Shown: positions 1 through 12,623, counted from the stretch's first letter. The stretch is 64,000 nt of DNA from Sedimentisphaerales bacterium (GCA_963663805.2 CAXXMR010000031.1:21716-85715); one strand, 5' to 3'. Made by a program: numbers and translations. The notes: generated by a model from the sequence alone, not told the origin.

Positions 1-750
1 AACACAACGCCGACCGCGTGACATGATTTTCATGCCGAGGACCTGGTCTTCGGTGACAGTATGGCTGGGCAGATTGACATAAAGCTCGCGGCGAATCGCG
101 AAAATTCCGCCGTTTATCGACGAGACCACACCGAGCATACTCTCCAGCTTCTTGATATGATTTTCGTAGCGCCAGTACATGCCCTCCGGGGCACAAGTGT
201 GCTCATCGGAGGGGTCGGGGGTGAGGACCAGCTTGCCGATTACGCAACCAACGCGTTTGTCGCGGAATTTGCATACCAGTTCGCGGATGGCGTTGGGCAT
301 ATACATGGTGTTGGCATCAGAGAAGATTACAATATCACTCTTGGTCCGGGGCAGCAGGGTGTTGAGCATTTTGACTTTGCCGCCGCGGTCAGGATTGACC
401 AGGGTGACAAAACGACTGTCTTTGACGCTGTCGAGTATGCGTCCGGTCTGGTCGTCGGAACCATCGGAGCCTATCAGGAAAGTGATTTTGCTGTGCGGAT
501 AGTCGAGCAGGCGGCAGTTGGCGAGTTTTTCTTCGAGTGTTTTTTCTTCGTTATAAGCACTGATAACCATCGTGACGGTGGGCAGATTCACATCTGACAG
601 TTCGTCGGTCGGCAAATCATTTTTACGTATCCGACGGCGACAATGGGCTACTGCCAGCAGCCCCAGCGGATACAAAAAATAAGTATAAACGGTAGCGGTA
701 AAGCTCAGCCAAAATACGATTCTAAGGGTCGTGGGGGCCAGGAGGTTCAT
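1..750 (-). CDS. GT2 family glycosyltransferase (CESA/PgaC-like), runs off the window start
   Basis: Not in the ORF track. Manual minus-strand translation from ATG at 750: MNLLAPTTLRIVFWLSFTATVYTYFLYP...LPTVTMVISAYNEEK...LDYP...GSDGSDD...GGK...FSDAN...EGMYWRYE...GGIFAIRREL...TED, typical GT2 motifs. Confidence 0.85.
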   Translation of the reverse strand, partial: MNLLAPTTLRIVFWLSFTATVYTYFLYPLGLLAVAHCRRRIRKNDLPTDELSDVNLPTVTMVISAYNEEKTLEEKLANCRLLDYPHSKITFLIGSDGSDDQTGRILDSVKDSRFVTLVNPDRGGKVKMLNTLLPRTKSDIVIFSDANTMYMPNAIRELVCKFRDKRVGCVIGKLVLTPDPSDEHTCAPEGMYWRYENHIKKLESMLGVVSSINGGIFAIRRELYVNLPSHTVTEDQVLGMKIMSRGRRCV

Positions 751-1702
751 TCTGCGTATTCTCTTGACATGGGGTGTTTGAAGAATTAATACCCTTGCGG
801 CAGTATACTTCGAGGTTGCCTAATGATTTGCCGCTTAACAATTCGATGACCCGGACAGCACGTTCAGCGGCCAGTTTGGCAGCGTCCAGTAACGGCCGGT
901 TGGTGTTTGCCTCAGCACCGGTGGTACGTATCTGCATTACGTCCAGCCCACAGGACCGGGCCAGTGCCGTGAAAGTTTCTCCGTTGAAAAAAGTCAGGTG
1001 CATCGTCGGGCCGAAACTTGCCCGATCGCTGTTAAGAAAATTATGGAACACCGTCCCTTTTATTTTTTGCCAGGTCGATGAAGGGAAACGCAAGGCCATT
1101 ACTCCGCCGGGAGAGAGCCAGTTTACGCATTTTTCCATTACGGCACAAGGGTCGGCGACATGTTCGATTACGTCCCAGGCGGTAATAATCTCAAAACTCT
1201 CGGCGGGCAGCTCCACATCAGCGATTTCCTGCTCAATAATTTCCAGTGAAAATCTCTTGCGACCGTAAACCGCCGAGCTGTGAGCAGGTTCGATGCCCAG
1301 GACTTCGTATTCGGCTTTGAGGGCTTCCTGCAGGAAATGGCCACTGCCGCAGCCTATGTCCAAAAGCCTGCCATTTCCGCCGGCGGTACGATATTTTTCT
1401 ATCTCGGCCAGGGCGGCACAAAAAACGCTCAGTTTGGCACGAGCGTGGGCTTCGATGGCAAAGGCATCTTCCTCGCCGCCTTCGGTATAAGTGGCATTGA
1501 CGGCGGCCAGACGCGGATTGGTATAGACCAGCCCGCAACGACGACAACGCACGATTTCAAAATCCAACTGCCGACCGAAAAACGCGCCGCGTTCACGATG
1601 ATAAGTTTCGCAGTCGTCGGCCCCGCAAAGATTACAGCGGACCCGCTCCCATTCTATGGAAGGTAATGACTTTTCAGATTGTCTGTCCAGTATTTCCGCC
1701 AA
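722..1702 (-). CDS. Class I SAM-dependent methyltransferase with N-terminal Cys-rich region
   Basis: LLDIGCGSG motif I, WDVIEH motif, N-terminal CNLCG and CRRCG. Confidence 0.85.
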   Translation of the reverse strand: MAEILDRQSEKSLPSIEWERVRCNLCGADDCETYHRERGAFFGRQLDFEIVRCRRCGLVYTNPRLAAVNATYTEGGEEDAFAIEAHARAKLSVFCAALAEIEKYRTAGGNGRLLDIGCGSGHFLQEALKAEYEVLGIEPAHSSAVYGRKRFSLEIIEQEIADVELPAESFEIITAWDVIEHVADPCAVMEKCVNWLSPGGVMALRFPSSTWQKIKGTVFHNFLNSDRASFGPTMHLTFFNGETFTALARSCGLDVMQIRTTGAEANTNRPLLDAAKLAAERAVRVIELLSGKSLGNLEVYCRKGINSSNTPCQENTQNEPPGPHDP

Positions 1703-1718
1703 AACCTTGCCTCAGTAA

Positions 1719-3171
1719 TCAGCTCGTCGTCACCAGATGCCGGGCCAGACGCCTGAACGCCTTGAAATTACGCCGGGCTTCATGGACATCAAATAAAGAC
1801 TGTTTCATTTTCTTGAAGACATAGCCCTTACGCAGATAAAACGCCCGCCGGGCATGGTCACAAAATTTTCTCACGTCAGCACCGGGCAAGCCAGGCATGT
1901 CAATTATGCTGTCATGCAGACCGTCGGCGGTAAGCCATTGACGATAGTCTTCGGTACGCAGATAACCTTCTTCACAAGCCCAGTCGTACATACGTGTGCC
2001 CGGATAAACAATCATCGGAAAAAACTGCACTGTGTCCGGGTCGAGTTTTTTGGCGAACTCAAGTGTCCCCCGCATGGTATCGGCTGTTTCGCCGGGATTA
2101 CCGACGACAAAACAGCCGTGTACCAGCAAATCGGCCTTGCGGGCATTAGCCATAAAATCATAGGCCTGGCCAACCTGAGAACCTTTGCCGATGGTATCGA
2201 GTACTTTCTGGCTGGCACTTTCGAAGCCGGCGATAAGCAACCGACAGCCAGCGGCCTTGAGCAGACGCATGCTTTCATAGTCGAGGTCAACGCGGGTATC
2301 GCACCAGAAGCCTATCCGGTTATTCTGTTTAATCAGCAGTTCGCAGGTTTCTTTCAGCCGCTTGCGACTGCCGGTGAACAAATCATCCTCAATGCCGATT
2401 TCGCGAACAGAGGGCATTTCCTGCGTCACATAAGCAAATTCCGCGGCAATATTCTCGGCGCTTCTCATGCGGTACTTGCCCCGGTGCATAACCTGGGGAT
2501 ACAAACACCAGGCACAACGATGGGGACAGCCGCGAGAGGTGATGGTCATAACCATGGGGAATTTAGCGGCGGCGAAAAAGTAATCTTCCACTCGCAGAAA
2601 ATCATTGTATACCTGACTGACAAAAGGCAGGTTGTCGAGGTCGGAAATCAGTTCGCGGTCGGGGGTACTGACAATTTCGTCGCCCTGCCGGAAAGTAACG
2701 CCGGTCACGTCATGCCAGCTTCGACCGTCCTTAACAGCACGGGCCATCTCCAGAGCAGTCACGTCGAATTCACCGCGAGCAACGGCATCAATATCGAAAT
2801 CCATATTCAGCACTTCATCGGGCCGGGCGGTGGCATGGGTGCCGACCATCACGACTTTGCAATCAGGAAAAGCCCGCCCGAATAGCGCCCGCCGTAGTCA
2901 CATCCTCGTGAATACTGGGCGTGGAAGTCTCACAGAAAACCATATCCGGCTGAACATGACGCAGATAATCCAGAAGTTCATCCAGGTCATATTTCCAGGC
3001 CACCGCGTCGACAAGTTCAACCTCGAACTCGCCGCTCTGGTCAGCCAGACCGGCGGCATAAGCCAGCCAAATCGGATAATAAATCGTACCACTTTTGGTC
3101 ACCGCGGGACTGCGGCTGCTGCGGCTGTAGACCAGCCGATGATATGGACCGTTCAAGTATACCAGGTTCAT
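1719..3171 (-). CDS. B12-binding radical SAM protein, split by one frameshift
   Basis: ORFs 2863..3171 (YYPIWLAYAAG...TSTPSI) and 1719..2852 (SRGCPHRCAWC, EDDLF, GFES) join if one A is removed from AAAA at 2868-2871. Confidence 0.85.
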
Positions 3172-3214
3172 TTATTTTACATCCTGCACTACTGACCGGG
3201 AAATCCTCCCCGGC

Positions 3215-4710
3215 TTAAATCCTCACCTGCCCTGCTCCGTTCTCGGCGGACGTAGCGGTTACACCACCGCTGGGCCAATATTGACCTGCCCAGCGTCGCA
3301 TCGCCGCCATCTGGCTGTCATACCAGCTTTGAGAAACCGGAACCATTACGATTACAGGCTGAGTCGAGAACGCGCGAGCTCCTGCCACCAGCATTCCCAG
3401 CATGAACCATAAATTCAACGTCCCGCCCGGCAGCATATAGGTGTTATTGGCACCCCACATGATCCACTGCCCCACCAAACCGGCAACCCCACCCAGCATT
3501 ACCGACTTATACCAACTGTCAGGAATCCTGCGACAGCGAACTACCACAAAACGGAATATCCCCACCATCAGGGCCAAAAATGTCAACATGCCGGGAATAC
3601 CCAGACGACAGAACAAGTCCAGCCAAAGTGAGTTCATACTCCTGCCAAACCACATCCGCCGAGACAATATTGAATGCCCAGGTCAGACGCTCAGTGGAAA
3701 GAACCACCGACCGACCAAAGCCGGCACCAACCGGCACGATATTAACCAACTGCCAGGCCATACGCGGGAACTGGGCCCGCATATCGGAAGCATCCAGCAG
3801 GCCGGAAAAACGACCTGCCAGCCCCATCTCGACTATCTCCGGCAGAAAAACTATCGACCCAATCGCCAAAGCCGGCAACAAAAGCAATATCCATCTATTG
3901 CGAAAACTCATGACCACTATGCTCACCAGAGCCAGACAAACCAAAGCGGTGCGGGAACCAGTATAAACAACCGCCAGAACGTTCAGGACCAGCAGCACCG
4001 CGGCAATCATCTTCATCTGGAAGGAACTGCCCCGCAGCAGCAGAATCGCCAAAGCCATCCCGAAGAATATTACCATCTGACTGGCCAATACATTCGGGTC
4101 GCCATAGGTTGAAATCACCCGGCGAATACCCATATTGGCCGTGGTGGCCAACCTTCGCGGCGTATCACTGGAAGAATTATAGGTAATACTGTTGACCAGA
4201 ATATCAAAGGACACAAACCGCTGAGCTATCGCATACAAACTCACCAGCAGCGAAATAACCAGAATTACTTTGGAAAACGTCACAAAACTTTCACGGTGGG
4301 CATAGTTTATCGGTCGCCCAGAAGAAAATTCCCACCGCAAAGACGTAAAACCAGGTCTCGATGATAGCGGTCTTGGACGCCCCGCCGTTGCCGAGCCCCC
4401 AGGCCAGCGAAAAGATACCCACCGTCATAAAAATCAAAAAGACAAAGTTAAGCCGCGACCGCTCCCGCCTCCGCCAGGACCGAAACAGCAGCCAACTAGC
4501 AACAAATACGGTCGCCAATATGTAACTTACTGGCAGAGGCAGATTTACAAAACTCAGGAACACGCCCGCCCGAGGCAGTCCAAACAGCAGAACCGTAAAG
4601 GAAATCAGCATAAATTTATGGTGATGGTCACTAACGAACATCGCTGCCAGGCTGATTGCCAGGAACGAATAAAACATCAGTAACGTGGGATTTGCCAGTA
4701 TTTCGCTCAT
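3215..4710 (-). CDS. O-antigen ligase/polymerase-family membrane protein, split by two frameshifts
   Basis: Three overlapping hydrophobic ORFs (4291..4710, 3519..4340, 3215..3667) with STYGDPNVLA, YTGSRTA, GAGFG and NSLWL...LGIPG motifs; junctions near 4298 and 3640. Confidence 0.7.
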
Positions 4711-4990
4711 TCAGTATGACCAGTCCTAAAAATTACACTTATCACGCACTCCTTTCATCGACCATTCCGGCTGGTAAATAAAACCTTTTACACAAACTGT
4801 AGCGATTGGCGCGATTATGACGGAAAAAACCTGTCGGCAAAAAAGTTATCGGACGAAGCAGGATGGCAGGCCGTTATTTTTTTTGTATTAAACCGCCCGG
4901 TCAGCTATCTATATAGGTGGAAAAAGCCGGAAAATCGGCCAGTTATTGTTTTAAGGCATTAAAACATAAGATTTTACAGAAGGAATAGCC

Positions 4991-5980
<990 letters not shown>

Positions 5981-6029
5981 CGCTGACAGAACAACGTATT
6001 GAACAAACCATTAAACTCGCGGAAAAATT

Positions 6030-6905
6030 ATGCTGCCTGCTGAAATATTAAAACAAATCCGCCAGATACAGATTTACACCAATCGCACGGTAAACGAGAT
6101 TTTCGCTGGCGAATACGAAAGCACCTTCAAGGGCCGCGGTATGCAGTTTGACGAGGTGCGCGAATACACGCCCGGCGACGATATTCGCAGTATCGACTGG
6201 AACGTCACCGCCCGGATGGGGCATCCGTTCATCAAGCGTTATGTCGAAGAACGCGAACTTACGGTTATGCTGGTGGTGGACCTGAGTGCGTCGGGGGCGT
6301 TCGGCACGGTGGGTAAGCTGAAGAATCAACTGGCCGCTGAGCTTTGCGCCGTGCTGGCATTTTCGGCCATCAAAAACAATGACAAGGTCGGCCTGATTAC
6401 TTTTACCGACCGCATCGAACGTTTCATCCCGCCCCAGAAAGGCACTCAACACGTTCTCCGCGTCATCCGCGAACTGCTTTACGGTAACGTCAGCGGTCGC
6501 GGCACGGATATTCCTTTGGCATTGGATTATCTAGCCAAGGTAATACGCAAAAAAGCGACCGTGTTTGTAGTTTCAGATTTTATCGCTACTAATCTCAAAC
6601 GTCCTTTAGGCCTGCTGAACAAACGCCACGACCTTATCGCTGTGGCGGTCAGCGACCCGCTCGAAACCCAACTGCCCCCGGTCGGGCTGCTTGAACTGCG
6701 TGACGCCGAAACGGGCCAGACTATCACCGTAGATACTTCCAGCGGGGCTGTTCGTCGCGATTACCAGAAACACGCCGAGCAGCAGCGGCAAAATCTGCAA
6801 ACCCTGTTCGCCTCGGTCGGCATCGACTGCATCAACATCAAAACCGGTAAACCGTATGTACAGGAACTCATCCGGTTTTTCCGCAAGCGCGAGAAAAGAC
6901 GCTAA
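6030..6905 (+). CDS. DUF58 domain protein
   Basis: VREYTPGDDIRSIDWNVTAR...EERE motif; directly after moxR. Confidence 0.9.
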   Translation: MLPAEILKQIRQIQIYTNRTVNEIFAGEYESTFKGRGMQFDEVREYTPGDDIRSIDWNVTARMGHPFIKRYVEERELTVMLVVDLSASGAFGTVGKLKNQLAAELCAVLAFSAIKNNDKVGLITFTDRIERFIPPQKGTQHVLRVIRELLYGNVSGRGTDIPLALDYLAKVIRKKATVFVVSDFIATNLKRPLGLLNKRHDLIAVAVSDPLETQLPPVGLLELRDAETGQTITVDTSSGAVRRDYQKHAEQQRQNLQTLFASVGIDCINIKTGKPYVQELIRFFRKREKRR

Positions 6906-6910
6906 TCATC

Positions 6911-7969
6911 ATGAGTATTCGCAAAACAAATTCTATTATCACTCTTATCGGTTGGCTGGGTTGCATGCTGCTGCTTAGCTGCGGTTGTGACGAGCAAACA
7001 TCAACTAAAGACACTCAGAATGGGTTTCAAACAGTCAAAACCTACGAGAAAGGCCCGCTAAAACTCACTGTTCAGGTTGATAATAGCACAATCAATCTGG
7101 CCCAGACCGTCAGTCTGCGTTTTGAGACGATTTTACCAGAAGATTATGAGCTTACTCTGCCCGATGCTGAGAAGATTTATGACCCGGACGAATTTATCCT
7201 GCTCAATCGCGACGATGAACCCGGCAAACTGCTGCCCGAAGGCAATATCCTTCGTCACTCCACGTTTCGGCTGGAACCGCTAAAACCAGGGACATTAACC
7301 ATCCCCGAACTGACCTTCACCTTTACCGGACCGGACCAAAAAAGTTATGAGCAGCTCAGCGAACCAATAAAAATAACCGCGACCGATATTCTCGACGCTC
7401 AGGAACCAGACCTGAATCTGGCCCCGATTAAGGATGTCGTAGCCCTGCCCGACAATCGCCCGCTCTATTACGGACTGTCGGGGGTGGCATTGCTGGCGGT
7501 TATTATCACAGCTTTGATTCTCTGGCATAAGCGCCAGCAGCGTATTCGTGAGCAAAACCGCGTTTTCCGCCCGGCCCATGAGCTTGCTTATGCCCGTTTG
7601 AAACTGCTGGCTGACGAAGACCTGCCCAGCCGCGGAGAAATCAAACTTTTCTATCAGAAACTCAGCGATATTTTGCGTTTTTACATCGAACATCGCTTCG
7701 CTTTGCGGGCACCGGAACGCACTACCGAAGAATTTCTCGACGAGCTTCGCAACAGCAACCGGCTCAGCACCGAAAATCGTCAGGCCCTGGAAGATTTCCT
7801 GCGGCAATGCGATTTGGTAAAGTTCGCCAAACATCAACCCGCTCGCCCTGAGATTGAACAGTCACAGAATCTGGCCGAAAAATTTATTGATGTGACCGCC
7901 GATGTAGACTGCAAAATTGAGCTCAACCCGGCCCAGCAACGCCAAATCACCCAAGGGAGGAATTGGTAA
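6911..7969 (+). CDS. Bat-operon membrane protein (BatD-like N-terminus, one TM helix)
   Basis: Signal/lipobox-like N-terminus, TM segment, C-terminal LRFYIE..F...APERTTEEFL...CDLVKFAK; operon position. Confidence 0.65.
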   Translation: MSIRKTNSIITLIGWLGCMLLLSCGCDEQTSTKDTQNGFQTVKTYEKGPLKLTVQVDNSTINLAQTVSLRFETILPEDYELTLPDAEKIYDPDEFILLNRDDEPGKLLPEGNILRHSTFRLEPLKPGTLTIPELTFTFTGPDQKSYEQLSEPIKITATDILDAQEPDLNLAPIKDVVALPDNRPLYYGLSGVALLAVIITALILWHKRQQRIREQNRVFRPAHELAYARLKLLADEDLPSRGEIKLFYQKLSDILRFYIEHRFALRAPERTTEEFLDELRNSNRLSTENRQALEDFLRQCDLVKFAKHQPARPEIEQSQNLAEKFIDVTADVDCKIELNPAQQRQITQGRNW

Positions 7970-9030
7970 TGCAGTGGTACAGCCCGTGGGCATTTCTATT
8001 ACTAATTCTCATCCCGCTGACATGGTGGCTGGCGGCTCGACCGGGCCATAAAATCGCGATGCTGTTTTCGGCGACCCGCCCTCTCGAACGCATCCACAAA
8101 TCAGGGCGAATCAGATTGGGCTGGCTGCCCCTGGCGGCGAGAATAATCTGTATCGCCCTGCTGATAACCGCCCTGGCCAGACCGCGGCAAGGCAGTAAAT
8201 TCCAACGCATTACCACGCACGGCGTTTTGCTCAATATCGTGGTGGACCGTTCCGGCAGTATGGCGGAAATCATGGACTACCGCGGCGAACAACACAATCG
8301 ACTCGAAACCGTGAAGATGGTCGTCAAAAACTTCGTACTGGGCAACGACCAGGCGGGTCTCAAAGGCCGTCCTAATGACCTCATCGGCTTAATCACCTTC
8401 GCCCGCTACGCCGACACCGCCTGCCCACTGGTGCTTTCCCATGAAACATTGATAGGGTTCCTCGAAGATACCGAACTGGTCGAGCAACGCAGCGAAGACG
8501 GTACCGCCATCGGTGAAGCCATCGCCCTGGGCGGTGCCCGACTGACTTCGGCTGCCGAGGAAATCAACCAGCGTAATAAAGTCTTGCTTAACTCTCAGCA
8601 GCAAAGTGAATTTCAAATCGAAAGCAAAGCGGTAATCCTGCTCACCGACGGCCAAAGTAATGCCGGCGATATAGACCCGCTCGAAGCGGTTGAACTTGCC
8701 AAAGAATGGGGCATCAAGGTCTATACCATCGGTATCGGCGGCAGTGCGGCCCGCAATCAAGGCTTGTTCGCCCGGATGCGGCAGAACCAGTTGAACGAAC
8801 CGCTGCTGCGTAAAATAGCTGAGGACACCGGCGGCTTTTACGCCCGTGCCGACGACGGTGACGCCCTTAACCAGATATTCGAACAAATCGACAAACAGGA
8901 AAAAAGCGAAATCCAGTCCGTAGAATACAGCAACTACGACGAAAAGTTTTCCCGCTATGCCCTGGCTGCCCTGCTGGTGCTGGCCCTGGAAATATTTATG
9001 AGATGCACCGTATTTCGGAAGACACCTTAA
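7969..9030 (+). CDS. batA: VWA domain protein, BatA-like
   Basis: ALARP, MIDAS DRSGSM, CPL, GTAIG, ILLTDG; ATG overlaps the upstream TAA. Confidence 0.8.
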   Translation: MQWYSPWAFLLLILIPLTWWLAARPGHKIAMLFSATRPLERIHKSGRIRLGWLPLAARIICIALLITALARPRQGSKFQRITTHGVLLNIVVDRSGSMAEIMDYRGEQHNRLETVKMVVKNFVLGNDQAGLKGRPNDLIGLITFARYADTACPLVLSHETLIGFLEDTELVEQRSEDGTAIGEAIALGGARLTSAAEEINQRNKVLLNSQQQSEFQIESKAVILLTDGQSNAGDIDPLEAVELAKEWGIKVYTIGIGGSAARNQGLFARMRQNQLNEPLLRKIAEDTGGFYARADDGDALNQIFEQIDKQEKSEIQSVEYSNYDEKFSRYALAALLVLALEIFMRCTVFRKTP

Positions 9031-9032
9031 CT

Positions 9033-10046
9033 ATGCAATATTTCAGAATGATAAATTATCAGGCCCTTTGGCTGCTCTGGCTCGTGCCGCTTCTGGCGGG
9101 CCTGTTCATCTGGGCGCTGTACCGTCGGCGGAAACTCCGCACCCGATTGGCCGACGCGAACACCATCAATTACATCATGCCCCAAATCTCCGGCGGCAAA
9201 CGCTTCTTCAAGGCCCTGCTGCTGATACTCGCGGCAATTGCGATTGTCATTGCGTTAACGGAACCGGGCTGGAACCCTCAACCGGAAAAAGTCCAGCGTA
9301 AAGGCCGCGACATCATCGTCCTGCTGGACACCTCACGCAGTATGCTCGCCGAGGACATCAAACCCAACCGGCTGGAACGAGCCAAGCTGGCGATAAATGA
9401 CCTGCTCGAAGTTGTACGCGGCGACCGGGTAGGCCTGATTACCTTCGCCGGGCGAAGCGTAATTAAATGCCCGCTCACGCAGGATTACGGCTTTATCCGT
9501 ATGATGCTCAAGGAAATCAACACCGAAACCACCGGCCGCGGCGGCACGCTCATCGGCGATGCCATCCGCAAAACTATCGACGATGTCTTCGATGACCAAG
9601 ACCGCGACTATAAAGACATTATCCTTATTACCGACGGCGAAGACCAGGAGTCATTGCCGATTGAAGCCGCCCAGAAAGCTGCCCAGATAGGGGTACGGGT
9701 TTTTGTGGTCGGGCTCGGTAACGCCGACCAGGGCAGCCGCATCCCGATTACTGACGAACAGGGACGCAAAACCTTTCTGCAATATCAGAGACAGGAAGTA
9801 TGGACCAAACTCGACAGCAAAACCTTACAGGATATTGCCCTGGCGACACCCGGCGGTAAATATCTGCCGGTGGCGACCGGGACGTTCGACTTGGCCGAGT
9901 TTTACCAGTCAGCTATCGCCTCGGCCAGTCAAAAAGAGTTGGAATCACTGACCGCCATTAAGTATAGTGAGAGGTTCCAGATATTTCTGGTACTGGCACT
10001 GACGCTTGTGGTAGCGGAGGTTATGATAAATGAACGCAAAAATTAA
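9033..10046 (+). CDS. batB: VWA domain protein, BatB-like
   Basis: DTSRSMLAEDIKPNRLERAK, GDRVGLITFAG, CPLTQDY, ITDGED. Confidence 0.8.
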   Translation: MQYFRMINYQALWLLWLVPLLAGLFIWALYRRRKLRTRLADANTINYIMPQISGGKRFFKALLLILAAIAIVIALTEPGWNPQPEKVQRKGRDIIVLLDTSRSMLAEDIKPNRLERAKLAINDLLEVVRGDRVGLITFAGRSVIKCPLTQDYGFIRMMLKEINTETTGRGGTLIGDAIRKTIDDVFDDQDRDYKDIILITDGEDQESLPIEAAQKAAQIGVRVFVVGLGNADQGSRIPITDEQGRKTFLQYQRQEVWTKLDSKTLQDIALATPGGKYLPVATGTFDLAEFYQSAIASASQKELESLTAIKYSERFQIFLVLALTLVVAEVMINERKN

Positions 10047-10830
10047 AACATTCATAATTTTGACAACACTGCTGACAGCTGCGCTTCACGCCGAAAACAT
10101 CGTCGATGCCGTCAACAACGGCAACGCCGCCTACAAGGAAGGCCACTACCAAAAGGCCCTGGACCTGTACCAGCAGGCCGCCGAGCTCGACGACGAAAAA
10201 CCGGAAATTAAATATAATCAGGCCAACAGCCTCTATAATCTGGAAAAACTCGACGAAGCCATCAAGCAATATCGCGAAGTTTCAGCCCAGAGCAAGGATG
10301 CCCAACTGGTCAACCGGGCCAAGTTCAATCTCGCCAATGCCTACCAGCAAAAGGCTCAGGCTCAGCAGCAGACTGACCCGCAAGCAGCCCTGAAAGACCT
10401 GACTACCAGCCTGGACTATTACCGGCAGGTACTCGACGCTGAAAAAGAATCGCCCGATGCCGAACATAATCTGGCAGTTTGTAAACATCTGCTGCGCCAA
10501 ATAAAAGAACAGCAGCAGCAGCAAGACAAACAGAATCAGGACCAGCAAGACCAGCAGGAAAATCAGGACGAACAGCAACAAGACCAAAATCAGCAAGAGC
10601 AGAACCAGGATAATCAGGAGCAAAATCAGGATAAGCAACAGGACCAGCAGGAGCAACCAAAGGAAGAACAGCAAGATCAACAACAGCAGGACGTCAGCGA
10701 AAATGAAGGTGAGCAGCAGGTTCCACCGCCCCAGGTTTCCGCTGAGGATATTCTGGATAAGGAAGAACAACAAAAAGAACAACGCCGGATAATGATACTT
10801 CGTGCGACCCCGGTAGAGAAAGACTGGTAA
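10030..10830 (+). CDS. batC: TPR protein with Gln-rich linker, BatC-like
   Basis: TPR motifs (GNAAYKEGHY, YNQANSLY, FNLANAY), Q/D/N-rich tract, C-terminal EKDW. Confidence 0.75.
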   Translation: MNAKIKTFIILTTLLTAALHAENIVDAVNNGNAAYKEGHYQKALDLYQQAAELDDEKPEIKYNQANSLYNLEKLDEAIKQYREVSAQSKDAQLVNRAKFNLANAYQQKAQAQQQTDPQAALKDLTTSLDYYRQVLDAEKESPDAEHNLAVCKHLLRQIKEQQQQQDKQNQDQQDQQENQDEQQQDQNQQEQNQDNQEQNQDKQQDQQEQPKEEQQDQQQQDVSENEGEQQVPPPQVSAEDILDKEEQQKEQRRIMILRATPVEKDW

Positions 10831-10835
10831 GAATA

Positions 10836-12623
10836 ATGAAAACCAGGTTATTAATACTGATAATACTTACACTGGCAGCCGCCGCCCACGCCGCGGACAT
10901 CAAGGTCTATGCCGCCGCCGAGAAGGAAGTCTATATAAACAAACCGTTTAAGTATCAGGTCGTCATCGACGGCCAAACCGACCCCGGCACGGTTGACACG
11001 ACCAATATAGACAGTTTCAACCCCCGCTATATCGGCGGCCAACCCCAGTCATCGTCCAGCACAACCATTATCAACGGACGGACGACAACCGAAGTAATTT
11101 CAAGATACTACATGATTTACGAACTAATCGCCCACGAAACTGGCAGCGTGACCATCCCGGCGGTAATGGTAGATGTAAACGGGCGAAAATACAATACCAA
11201 TGACGTTGAGGTCTATGTCCAACAGCCCGGCAGCACCGACAAAATCGACTTGGAAATACTGATTTCAGATAAAAGCTGCTATGTCGGTCAGCCGGTAACA
11301 ATAGCGATAAGCTGGTTGATAACGCCAGATATTGTCAACAGAATCGGGGATTTCAGCTTCTATGTGCCAGCGTTAGACGATACGCAACACTTTATAGCAG
11401 AAGAACTTGAGCCGCCGGACAACCTGCAAACCCTGACCGTGCAGGTAAACGGTCAGGAGGCCACAGCGGTGCAGGCCCAGCGTAAAGATGGGCGAATAGC
11501 CGTAAGTTTTCGTAAAATACTGATACCACGAAAGAGCGGAACGGTCGAACTTGGCAAAGCTCAGGTGAATTGCCAAATCGATGTCAGTAAAGGCGGCGGA
11601 CGGGGTCGGGATCCGTTTGACAGCTTTTTCAACCGGACGCAGCGGGAATATCAACAGTTTACAGCAGAAGCCAACGGTGCGACCCTGGAGGTGCGGGCAC
11701 TGCCGGTTGAAGGTAAACCCCTGGATTTCCAAGGACTTGTGGGACGATACGAAATTGAAGCCTCAGCTAGTCCAACCGAAGTTAGCGTGGGCGACCCGAT
11801 TACTTTGACGATAACGGTACGCGGAAAATTACTGCGGGCGGTGGAGATGCCGGATTTGGGGTTTATGGCCGAGGATTTCCGAATACCGTCGGAACAAGCT
11901 CCGCCCAGGAGCGAAAATGGTATCAAGGTATTCACGCAAACCATTAGAGCAGAGAAAGATACGGTAACGGAGATACCGGGGATACCGCTAAGCTTCTTTG
12001 ATGTGGACAAAGGAGAGTATCGAACAGTTTATAGCGGGTCAATCCCCCTGACGGTATCGTCGACTCGCAAGGTAACTTCTGATGATGCCATAGGTTATGA
12101 CGCACCGCGGGCGGTTTCGCAGTTACAGAGCGTGGAGCAGGGAATCGCGGCCAACTACGAAGGGCCCAAATTATTGGAGAATAAGGCATTTTCGGTTTTA
12201 AGTGCTTTATCCAAACCGGGTTATCTGTCCATGTGGCTGGCGGGGCCGATGGTGCTGGGGATTTCGGGTTTGATACGTATGAAAGGCAGAGTCAACCCGA
12301 CGAAGGTCGCGGCTAGAATTCGCGCAACTGCTTGTAAGAAAGCTATTTCCAAACTTGGCGCAAGTTCTGATTCCACCCAGATTGGCGAGGTGCTGCGGGT
12401 TTTTGTGGGTGAACGGTTCGACAGGACGGGGCAGGCACTGACCAGCGGCGATTGCCGAGAGATACTGCAAGAGGCTGGCAGGGCTGATGAATTATGTGAT
12501 AAGTGCCGACATATACTGGAATTATGCGAAATGAGCCAGTTCGCTGGCGCGGGAATCGATTCTCAGGTGAATGTCGATGAGGTTATGGAATTGATTCGCA
12601 AGATCGACCGGGAGGGTAAGTGA
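10836..12623 (+). CDS. batD: BatD-family protein
   Basis: Signal peptide, SSSTTIING, GLVGRY...VGDPITLTITV, LSFFD motifs. Confidence 0.8.
   Translation: MKTRLLILIILTLAAAAHAADIKVYAAAEKEVYINKPFKYQVVIDGQTDPGTVDTTNIDSFNPRYIGGQPQSSSSTTIINGRTTTEVISRYYMIYELIAHETGSVTIPAVMVDVNGRKYNTNDVEVYVQQPGSTDKIDLEILISDKSCYVGQPVTIAISWLITPDIVNRIGDFSFYVPALDDTQHFIAEELEPPDNLQTLTVQVNGQEATAVQAQRKDGRIAVSFRKILIPRKSGTVELGKAQVNCQIDVSKGGGRGRDPFDSFFNRTQREYQQFTAEANGATLEVRALPVEGKPLDFQGLVGRYEIEASASPTEVSVGDPITLTITVRGKLLRAVEMPDLGFMAEDFRIPSEQAPPRSENGIKVFTQTIRAEKDTVTEIPGIPLSFFDVDKGEYRTVYSGSIPLTVSSTRKVTSDDAIGYDAPRAVSQLQSVEQGIAANYEGPKLLENKAFSVLSALSKPGYLSMWLAGPMVLGISGLIRMKGRVNPTKVAARIRATACKKAISKLGASSDSTQIGEVLRVFVGERFDRTGQALTSGDCREILQEAGRADELCDKCRHILELCEMSQFAGAGIDSQVNVDEVMELIRKIDREGK

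Noticed and set aside
61..597. 178-aa + strand ORF
   Set aside because: Antisense shadow of the GT2 gene on the minus strand
10282..10782. Very Leu-rich minus-strand ORF resembling a membrane protein
   Set aside because: Antisense reading of the Gln-rich CAG/CAA tract in batC
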